In this document: positions 20,101 to 32,100 of the stretch, in pieces
Numbering within the stretch: the first letter of the stretch is position 1
Layout of the letters: the number at the start of each line of letters is the position of its first letter
The notes under the pieces: generated by a model
What the model was told of the DNA's origin: nothing
What the model saw: the letters and a program-made list of their open reading frames with translations, nothing else
Database searches by the model: none
DNA from: a virus
DNA length: 64,000 nt
Reading direction: 5' to 3' (one strand)
IMG/VR virus record: IMGVR_UViG_3300028388_002747
Coordinates: 5,515-69,514 of that record
Translations under genes and position numbers: made by a program

Positions 20101-23100
20101 TGATAAAAGAAATAAGATTTTAGATGAGTTATTTGATCAATTATCTGATAAACAAAAGAAAGCAGACAAACTTATTGCTGCTAAGAAAAAACAGATTGAA
20201 AAAAATCAAAAAGAACTCAATAAGCTAAAAGGAAAAATTAGAGAAGCTAAAGCAGATAAACGTGTTAAAGGTACGTTTCGTTTTAAAACTGAAGCTCGTA
20301 AAGCATTACAGAAAGCTATGCAGCTTTCTAATATGCAAAGACAACTTGAAAATGAAATTGAACAATTAGAAGATCAAATTTCTGATATAGATGTTGCTCA
20401 ACAAACTATCTTAAACATAGTTGACAACTTAGAAAAGTATAGTGAAAAACCTACTGAGTTTTTAGAAGAATTACAGTTTGATCTTCTTAATATAGAAGAA
20501 GCAAAAGAAAAAACTGTAAAGCAAATAGATGCTATTAAAGATTTAATATCCAGTACAAAAGCTGCTATAAAATCTGCTGTAAAATATTTAGAAAATCTGA
20601 TTAATAAATTTGAAGCTAAGAATCCAGATATACCTCTTTTTATAGGTAAAAGATTTATGGATAATGCTGATAATCTATTACAAGGAGAAATACAAAATCT
20701 TTTAGATACTATTGAGTTGACAGAAGAACAAGTAATTGTTCCTGATGAAGCTAGAGTAGAGCAATTAGAAGAGCACTACGAAATGATGATGGAAGATATG
20801 GTTGTTCTTGATAGACAGCATAAAGCAATGCAAGTTGTTATTGAAAAATTTGAAGAAGTAGCTGCTAATTGGAAATTACAAAAAGTAGAAGAAGCTGTTT
20901 TTGGTGATAATGAAGCTTTAGCTCAAGAGCTTATTGATACTCAAGAAGATAGTGGTACACCTATTTCTTCTGCTGAAGAAAATCAAAACTATGAACCAGA
21001 AGATAAAAAAGAACAATACAATGTAGTCTTGTCAACTAAACCATTCTCTGGAAGAATAAACCCTTTAACTGAAGAATGGGAAGAACCTAGAGAACATCAT
21101 AAACGTGCTAATAGATTTGGTTTTAGATTTGAAAGCTTAGATAACAAAGAGGACATTCAAGGAGTTGTTTTAAATCAAAAAACAGAAGCTGGTATTGCTG
21201 ACGGTCTTATGGAACATTTAGCTGGTGATAGTGGTGTAGATCCTTCAGACACTTTAGCTTTTTTAATGGTTGTAAATACTCGCGAAGGTCTTAGACCTGT
21301 AGATGAGTTTGGTAACCCTATAATGGATGGTAAAGATGTTCTTAATAGAGCAGTGTATCAAGTGTTTCCAAAAGAAGATAAAGATGGTAAACTTACTGCA
21401 TACTATAAAGGGAAAAAACAAAGTATGTTTAGAAACACTGCTGATAGTGTTGATGCTCTTACAGAAAAATATATAGCTTGGAGAGAAAAAGAAGTTAATA
21501 AAGAAGAAAGATCTCCGGCAGAAGCTGTTAAAGTAAGTTTTGGTGTTCCTACTTATGCTACATATTTAGATGAGAATGGAGAAGAGCAAAGAGATTATGC
21601 TGTAAGAACCAATGTAAAAGATGCAGGTTTAGCAGATGAAAATAGATTAGGAAATGAAGATGTGCTTTTGGTAGGTACAACCAACGACACTATTACTCAA
21701 GGTACTACATCATTTACTAATGCATTAGGTAGAGTATTTTTAAGATCTGATAATGGTTTAACTAGACTAGATAATCGTAAACATACTCCAGAAGAAGCTG
21801 AAGTTATTTTTGATGTACTATTTAGATTAGCTCAAATAGCTCAAGATAAAAAATCGTTAAAAGGAGAAGAAGTAACCAGGTTAACTAACTGGTTAAAGTC
21901 TGTAGTATATTGGGGCCATGTAAAAGATCAAGATGGTAAAGTTAAGAAAAAAGGATACAACAGTATTTGGTTTGATTGGGTAGTAAATGATGCTACAAAT
22001 AAAAAAGAACCTAGATTATTCTTTTCTAAAAGTGAACAAAGTGTAGCTTTAACTCCAACATCTTTGAATGGAAACAAAAACTCAATACTACATATTTTAG
22101 AACAAATGTATCTGAATGTAGATGCTAAAAGAGTTAATGAAGCTTCATTTAATGCTGCATATATTCAAATTACTGGTATAGATTCAAAAGGACAGCCTAT
22201 TACAAAGAAATGGCCTAATTATCAGAGTTACTTATTATCAGATAAATCTCCTGATAGTAAAGGACAGTTAACACAAAATAGAACAACTCCTGTTCCTCTA
22301 GCTACAAACCTTTCTCCTATTACACCTACTAGTCCTGTAAACAGAAATGGTATATATTTTACAAGAGTAGGAGGTATGGAAGAAATGTATGTTGAACCAG
22401 AAAGTAAAGCTGCACCTCCTACTGCTACTCCAGAAGCAACAGAAACTGCAGAGAAAGAAGAAAAATCTGTAGAGGAAGTACTAGAAACTACAGAATCTGA
22501 AAAACAAGGATATACATTAGATGGTGTAGAAAATAATTTATTCACTTTAAAGAATAAAGACACTGTATTTTTTAAAATGGATTTAGCAAAAGCTAAAGAA
22601 GTTTTTGAAGAACTTGGAGTTAATTTAAAAGATAGTATATCAAAAATAAAATTTGTTCAACAATTATTAGCTAGACAAATACTTGATGTACAATTAACTA
22701 CTGAAATTATAAAAGCAAGAGCAAAAGAAAAAAATATTCCTGAGTTACAAGCTGCAATTTCTATAGGAGTAGATATTTTTAATGATCTCTCTATTAATTT
22801 CTCTGGAATAACTAATACCAAACCTGTAGAGTATGTTCCTAAAAAACCAAACATGGATGGCAAAGAAAGCAATGTTATTGATGTTGATGGTTTAGGAAAA
22901 GTTGTATACACTTTTGATATGGCAAAAGCTCAGAAACTTCTTGAGGCAGATACTTTATCTGATCCTGATAAGAGAGCTGAGTTCATACTTAAATTATTTC
23001 AAGAAGGCATTTTAAATCCTACTGCTGATACAAAAGTTGTAACTAAAGTAGCTGAAAATACTGGTAAAACTCCATTACAAGTAGTATTAAAAGCTGTTAA

Positions 23101-26100
23101 AACAATATTTAAACAAGTAGAGCCACATTTTGTTCTTGAAGAACGACCTACAGATGAAACTATTGAAGCTCCTAAAAAACCAGAAACCCCTAAAGATGAT
23201 AAAACTAAAAAGGTTAAAGAATTTAAAGTTGGAGATAGAGTTGTAGATAAAAATTATAATGTATGGGAAATAATTTCTTTAAAAGAGTGGGAAGCAGAAA
23301 CCAGGATTCCAGAAATGAAATCTGGAATAAAAGCTCGTTTTATTGAAAATGTACATCCTAATGAAAAGAAAAGGGAAATATTACAAAACCCAGACTCAAC
23401 ACAATATATAGAACCTGGAAGTGTAAATACTCTTCCTGTAAATATGACAGCAACTTTATCTGTTACTCCAGAGATTGTTGAATCTGATACTACTAATGAA
23501 GAAACGGAAACAGATAATTTTGCTGACGGATTAGATTATTCTCAATTTGAAGATGAGGATGAAAAAGGTATGAGAGCTTTGTTGAATAATCAAGAAACTT
23601 CTACAGTTACTCCTGAGAATTGGAAAGAGGTTGAGGCTTGGTTAAAAAATAAATTTCCTAATCTTCCTGTATTCAGAGTTAAGAAAATGATAGAGGGTAC
23701 AGATGGTTCTAAGAATTGGGGTATGTTCCATAAAGGAGCATTGTATATATATGAGAACGCTGAAACTGGTACAGTGTATCATGAGGTTTTTGAAGCTGTT
23801 TGGAAAATGTTTACTACTCCGGAAGAAAGAGCTCAAATTATGAATGAGTTTAGATTTCAGGAAGGAACATTTACTGATAGATTTACTGGTAAAGAATATG
23901 AATATGCTACAGCTCCTGCTGAAAGAATTAAAGAAGAACTTGCAGAAGAATTTAGAGATAAAGTACAATTTAATATCAATCCAAGAAGAAAGAAAGGGAA
24001 CTTGATAACTCGTATTTTTAATGACATTATTAATGCAATTAAAAACTTTGTATTTGGTAAAAAGGCTCGTACAAATATCGAACAACTATTTGAAAAAATA
24101 GAAGGTGGACAGTATGCACGATACTCACCTTATGCTGCTAAATTATCATATGCTCAAGTAGGAATACAGGATATTGCTACAGCTAAGGGAGACCAGACTT
24201 CAGCGTATAGAGCTGCTATTAATGAAATTCCTGCACAACAACAACATGATATAATGCAAGAAATGACATATCAGGTCTTGCGTAAACTTATTACTGATAA
24301 TGAAACTTTATTTTCATTAAATGAAACAACTTTTAATAAACAACAATTATATAAAGAGTTGAAAATGAAAGTAATAGGTAAGGTAGGAGCTATGGTAAAT
24401 ACTCTTGCTAAACAAATTAATAGTGGTGAAAAGACTGCTGAAGAGAATAATCCTAGAATAGATACAAACAAACATTTAATTAATCTTATTAATAGAGAGT
24501 GGCCAAACATTGTTTCTAATCATGAAGAGTTATTGAGACAATACGAAATTACTTTTGATGAAAATGATGAATTGGAAATCAGAAATTATGAGAAATCAAA
24601 GAATGATCCTTATGGTAGTGCTATAAAAAGAGATCAATATAGAAAAGCTTCTTATGCTGTTAAGTTTTTATTAGGTAGTTTGCCTAGAGTGGATGCTTCT
24701 AACAACATATTAAAGAGTTCTATTAATGGAGCTCAATTGATTCCTTCAGATAAAGTGGTTATTGATTTAAAGAATCAATTATATGATGCTGTAGATGTAG
24801 AAGAAATGTTTGATAGATTAGGAAAAATAGCTATTAAAAATCCTAATTATGCAAACCTTTATAAAAGATTGACAAACAACCCACCAAGCGAATTTGCTGA
24901 TTTAAGTAATGTTGATGAAAGAGGCTGGGAATTAATTGGTGGTTTCTGGAAGTTAATGAAGAGCCAACACCCTGATGTACTTGCTGTTTTTGTTATGTCA
25001 GACAGTGTTCAGATAGGTGATAGTGCATTAGCTGGTGCAGCTAGAGCAGCTAAAAGAACTATGATAATGTCTATGATAGAGAAAATTAAAAAAGGCTCTG
25101 ACTTTTTTGATTATAATAGACAAACAGGTAAATACACAAGTTCAGATTTAATTAAGAAAAAACAATTAAATAGATCTGCACCACAATCTTATACACAATT
25201 TTTAGAGCATTTTAATATTGATATAAAGGCTACAGATATTACTAGTAAACTAACAGATAATCAAAAAAGAACTTTTTTTGAGGCAGTAGATGGTATACTT
25301 CTTAGTATGAAAAATATTGAGGATATGGTTAATATATCTACTACTACTTTAGATATTGATGGTAACTTAATGAAGTTAGGTACAATTCAAGCTATAATAG
25401 AAAACCCAGAGTTTGAAAGTACTTATTTTAATATAAATAATGAGAAAGCTCAAACTTATATTGGTACTAATGCACTAAGTAATATTTATCATGTCCTTTC
25501 TAATAGCAAAATCAAAAAATTTGAAGACTTAAAAGGAACTGCTTACAACTATTTAAGAACAGATAGTTTTGCAAAAGGGTCTTTAATCTTAGACAAGATA
25601 TTTAATATGTCTGGTAATGGAGCTAAAAGAAAGAATAGTGATTTAGTTCTTAAACCAGTGTATATAGATGGTACAGTAGATCAACGTAAAGGAAAGAAAA
25701 AACAATCTTCTAAACTTACTTACAGACAAAGGTTCTTACAAGAACTTAATCTTAATTTAGATGGTGTATACATGAACCTAGTACCAGGTGATGCTTCTCT
25801 GGAACATGCAACTCGATTACATAACTCCAGAGATCCATTTGTAACATTAGAAGAAGTACAGGCTAAAACTTATGATCAAATATTTGAAGATTATTTTAAA
25901 GCAGAAGTTGAGTTAGTACGCGATGAAAGAATTGTAGATTCAAGACATAATAATAAAGAATTAAGATTTTTCAAAGAAATTTTAATGAATGGTATGGATA
26001 AGAAAAGATACAACGCTTTGATGACTGCCATTAATAAGAAAACTAAAACAAAAGGTTACACTGTATCTATTGAAGAAATTTTAAAAGAATACAAAAAAGA

Positions 26101-29100
26101 CATTATAGATTCTGTAGAGTTATTTATTACTCAAGAAGCACAAGATACAGAAGCTATGCTAAATCAATTTGGTGCAATTGTTTACACTGATGAAGGTATT
26201 GATGTTACAGAATTAAAAGCTGAGCCTAATTCACTTTTAGCAGAAAATACAGAATTAGATGCTGATAGTTTAAGAAGCAGTATGAAAGCTGTTGCTATTA
26301 ATTACATGATTGCAAATATTGAGCTTCATAAAGTTCTTTATTCAGATCCATATCAATATGGGGATGAGTTAAAACGTATTAAAAACTTTAACTCTCCTAG
26401 ACAACCTCTTATGACTGTAAGTAAAAATGTTGGTAAAGTGTTACATAAACTTTATAACAAAAATTTTGCAAAAGATGATATTGGTTACACTGATATGCAT
26501 AGAAATCATTTCCGTACAATAACTTTTGAAGATGTTGTACATCAATATGGTATACCAGGTTATGAAGGAGATACTTATGATGAAACTGATGGTGCTGGTA
26601 TTATTACTTTAAAATCTTATAGAAAATATGCTATTCTAGCTAATCAATGGAGCACAGATAATGAACGTCAATATAGATATGAGATTGCTTGGGAAAAGAA
26701 GCATAAAAAATTAAAACTAACTGATAATGATAAAAAAGTTTTAGCTGAAGGTGATCCAAAAATTAAAAGTACATTCACTCCATTAAAACCTATTGTTTCT
26801 GGAAACAAAGCGAATGGTAGAAATTATAATGATACTGTTTTAGATAAATATGCACTTATGGCATTTTCATACAGAACATTATATGAAATAAATCCGGAAG
26901 CCAATGCTTTGAATTTGTATGACAGAATGATGGATGAAGATATTGATTATGTTGTATTCAAAAGTGCTAGAAAAGTAGGAGCAGAACAGGTATTACCATT
27001 GTATGATAAAGATGGTAATGTTACTACTGCTGAATTTACTGAAATAACAAACCCTAATGTACCACATATTATTACAAATATTCCTTTTGATATTATGTCT
27101 GTACAGAGTGAAGTTCCTTCTAAAGACACACATAAGATAACAAGAGGTAGTCAGATTACAAAACTTGCTACATTAGATTATATGCAAGCTGGTGTTCCTA
27201 TTGACTTTATGCAAGAAGAAGATAACTTTGAAAAAAGATGGCTCGCTTGGGCCAAGCTTGAAGATAAGACTTCATATAATAATGGAGACAATCTTTACAA
27301 TTTAATACAAAGAAACCAGCAGTTACTTGAAGCAAAAACTAAACTAGGATATAGACAACTTTTAAAAGAATTTGGAATTAAAGAAACTGTTTCTGGTTAC
27401 ACTTTAGTAGATAGAAAAAAATTAATAAATACTCTAAAAGGAGAAATGCTCAAACGTGAGATCAATCATAACATTTCTTCTGCTTTTGATGAGTTTGAAA
27501 AAGGTGAAGTAGTTTTAGAAGCTACTCCAGCTTATCAACAAATAAGACATATTCTTTATTCTATTGCAGATAGTAGAGTAGTTAGTCCTAAAATTACTGG
27601 TGGATTTAAAGTACAAATTCCTGCGACTCTATTAGAAAGTAAAAAGATAAAGCCTGAGAAAATTAATGGTAAAGATGCTTATGTATCTGACACATTAAAA
27701 TTTTATGAAGATGAAGATGGTAAGCGTGTTTGTGAAATAATGGTTGCTAGATGGTTCAAGTCTGATAAAACAGATGAAGAACTATTAAATGAATGGTATG
27801 TACTAGATAAAGATGGCAACAGAACTTCAGAACTTACAGAAAAAGGCAAGAAAATTTTATCAGGTATAGGTTTCCGTATTCCTACTCAGAAACAAAATTC
27901 TATTGATTCTTTTGTAATTAAAAAATTACTTCCTGAAACATTAGGAGATAGTGTAGTGGTTCCTTCTCAAATAGTACAGAAAGTAGGATCTGATTTTGAT
28001 ATTGATAAACTATCAATTTATTTAAAGAATGTATTATCTAATCCTGATGGTACTGTATCTATTATAGAATATCAAGATGACTCAAATTCTACTATTGCTG
28101 AAAGATATAATCAATACATAAGAGGTGAGGTTAAAGAGTACAGAGAAATTAGAGAAGAAGTAGAAAGAGACTCTATTGAATATTCTCAACTTAGAGAAAC
28201 TATTAATAACTATTACAACGAATTTTTAAGTAAAGTAAATGAAGCAAAAGAAGATTTTATTTTACCTCTTTCTAATGAATTAAATAATTTACAAGAGCTA
28301 ATTCAAAATAAAAAGTCTGCTTCAAAAGAAATTTATAGTATGGGGTATAAGATATTCAAAACTTTATCTCCAGGCTTACAAGACTCTTTTTACAATTTAG
28401 ATTCAGTAATGAACAGTGAAGTTGTTAATGGTAAAATGAGTAGATGGGAAAAAACTTTAAGATTTAAATCTCATGCAGAAGATTGGATTGCTGACATTAC
28501 AGAAAATGAAATAATTTATGATTGGACAACACCTAAAGGTGTTAAGATGAGTGATACAATTGAGTTATCAGAGATTAATAAATTAAAAGCTCTTATAGCA
28601 AACTACGATTTATTTTTAGCTGAATCAGGATTTACTTCTGAAACTATTACACAACATAAAGCTAAATTAGATTCTCTAAAACAAAATAAAAAGGAGTATC
28701 ATAAAGTAAAAGATGCTGAAAGATCTGGTTTATCTGCTGTCAAGAGTAAATTATATCAAGCATTTAATGAAGAGTTCAATAAAACCCTTGCTGAAGAATT
28801 TGATTTAATGTCCATGGAGGAGTTTGGACAACAAAATATGGACTTACAAAACTCTAAACAAGCTTTAGAAAATGAATACATACAAAGTCTTCAAGATTTA
28901 GTTAGTCATCCTTTAAACTTTAATAATCTTGTTAAACCAAACTCTGCTGATCCTATGAAGAAAATAGCAAAGGCTATTAACAGAGATTTAGGTAGAACAG
29001 AAATAGATTATTCTTCTCCAGGGAATATGATGAGAAGAAGATTTATGTCAGGCTTACGTCAGGCATTTGTTAGTGGAAAATACGCAATTGGTATTGCTGC

Positions 29101-32100
29101 TGTAAACCAAACTAATCATTCTTTAATGCAAAGATTTGTTTCTTATCTAAATACAGATAGGATTCTTGATGAAAGTATAATTTCTTCTGAAGACAGATAC
29201 TGGTTAAAAGTTAATGGTGGAGAAATTATGTTTAAAAACAAAAACACTGTTACAGTTGGTGGTAAACTTTACACTACATTTTCTGGTATTACAAATGCAG
29301 TAGGGGAAAACATTTCTGATATTGTAGGTATGTTTATTGATGGTTATGTTGATATATCAGCCGGCCCTTGGATTATGGAGATAGGTGCTACACCTACTAC
29401 AGCTTCAACATGGCTTACACTTATTAAAGCTGGGGTTCCTGTAGAAGAAGTTGCTTATTTTATGAATCAACCTATTATTAGAGAGTATCTACAAATGCTT
29501 GATAATGCTGGATATAGTTGGTTGTTTATAGATGATTATGTAGATTTATTTTTAGAAAAATATGAGCCTAGTAATCCTGTTGAAATTACAGAAATGCCTA
29601 GTCTCGCTACTATGAAAAAGACTATTAAAATGTCTATGGAAGACATGCAAAAAGATGATAGTACTCTAGCTCAGCAGCAGTTTATTCTTAAAGAATTTAT
29701 GAAGTACAGTATGATGGCTAGTCATATGTTTAGAGTTACACAAGGTACTAACTTTGATACAGCTAATTTTAATGATGGTTTCTTGATTTTTAAGAAAAGA
29801 TTACAATTAGAATATGCTAAGAATACAATTATATCTTCTGCTAAAGTAGAGAATGATAAAATAGTATATGACACTAATGCTGCTGATGCTATACTTAACA
29901 ACTCTTTCTTAGGTACATTAAAAGATATGTTGTATAATGTAAGAAATGCAATGTCTGAAGTTCTTATTTCAGATAGACCTAGTAAGACAAGAAATGGAAT
30001 AAGTACTAGATCTGTTTTAGAAAAAGTACTTTTACCATATGTACAATTACCAGATAGAGAATTTTTAAAAGTTTCAAAAAGAGCTGTAAATGATTTATTT
30101 GATTGGTTTGTGTTTAATAAAAGAGGATTAAATGGTGCTGGTGTTATTGCAGAGATTTTGTTAGGAACTGATACGGCTGCTAGTGCTGCTAGTCAAATTA
30201 TGGATTTTAAAAAGCAAGTTGAAAATACAGCTAATCATACATTACATGGAAATATAATTCTTGATTCTATACAATATGAAAGTGGTTCTAATAAAAACAA
30301 ACCAGATAACTTAATGATTGTTAGAAAGGAAAACAAAGTGTATGATCAAAACTTAGTGATTGCAGCTTTTAGAGAATTAAGAGATTATCTTGGCACAGAA
30401 AAAGGAGGGCTTTATGGTAAGTTGGTAAGATTAGCTTTGTTACAAAGTGGGTCTAATAATTCAAGAATTTCTTTTAGTAGTCTCCTACCTTTTGAAGATT
30501 TTATAGAAGTGTATAAAGTTCCATTGAGTGAGATTAATAAGTCTGAAGAAATTTCACACTTTGTTCAATTAGATGTGTTCCAAAGAAACAATTGGAATAA
30601 TGATACATTAGTTCCTTTTAAAAGAGAAACTATGATACCTTATGAAGATAGGTATGGAAGACAGAGAATGTTTAAACCTAATTCTGATAAAGTACATAAG
30701 AATTTTAAACTTGCTATGAATAAAAAAATAATCCCAAAAGTAATTAATATTAACATGTTTAGTAGAGAAGCTGCTAGTGATATTATTGTTTACAATTGGG
30801 AAGTTAAACCTACAATCACTGATGAAGATAGAGCTGCTGGTATAAAAACTATTAAGGCTAAAAAAGCTGCAATGAAAAAAGCAGGAGACCGTTCTTATAG
30901 TAAAAAAGCTCTAATGAAAAAAGTTTACATCAGAGATAAAAATAATCAAAGAGTACCATTAGAACACCAAACTAAAGGTAAAGGAGATAAAGTTTATTAC
31001 AATCATGTTTATAAAGCAATTAATGCTTGGGGAGATGGCACAAGAGCTGTAGAAATGTATGGTAAGTTACATCCAGATTCTTTAATGTCTACAGTAGGTA
31101 GATCAGGTGTTCTTGATAATGGCTTTGAAAAATATATAGAAGTTGAAGATGAAGTTATTGAAGATATATTTAATCAAGAGAATATGATTGATCTTCAACA
31201 AGAACCTATGGAAATGGCATTTTCTGAAGAAAACCAGAAGAAAATAATCAGTGGTGAAAAAACTATGACTACAAGAAATAATAGTGAACATAGTGGTATA
31301 TACAGTATTAGAGGTAGAAAGTTTTTAATTACACCTAGAGATGGAGTTAATGGATATATGGATGTACAAGATGCAGGTGGAGCTCTTGCTGTAGTAAAAG
31401 CAGAAGCCCTTCCAACAAAAGCTACTAAACGTAATAAATATCCAGTATCTGTTGATGGAACTACTTATTTTGCTATGTATCAAAGTACAGTGGATTTTAT
31501 AAATGGAGAAACTAGAAAGTATGTTTTTGATATAAAAGATGTTACAGATGAAGTAGCTCAAGATAAATTAGATACAGAGGAAAGAGTAGCTGCAAATGTG
31601 GCTGCTGCTACCTCTCCTTTAGCTATAAATATTTACTCCACAGATAAAAATGGATTTGAAGAACTAAGTAACTTTAGTAATAAACGTCCATACACTGATA
31701 GTAGTGGAAGAAAATTTGCTACTGTAGAGGCTGCCTATCAATTTTCTAAGTCTCATTTTGCTACAGGCAACAATGATACTGTAAAAAGACAAATTTTAAA
31801 ATCCACAACTGGAGCTCAGGCTAAAGCTCTTGGTAAAAAAATTCAAGGTCTTAATAAAGAATTATGGGATAAAAATGCTGGCACTATAATGTATAGAATT
31901 ATCAAAGATAGTTTCTTACAAAACCCAGATCAAATACCATTATTAATGTCTACTGGTGATGCTATATTAACACATATAAGTGGGCCTAAAACAGATAAAT
32001 GGACAACATTATTTCCTAGAATTTTGACACAAGTCAGAAGTGAACTATCTTTAGAGAATATTAATACTGATAAAAATAAACCAACAGGTTTACCTGAGAT

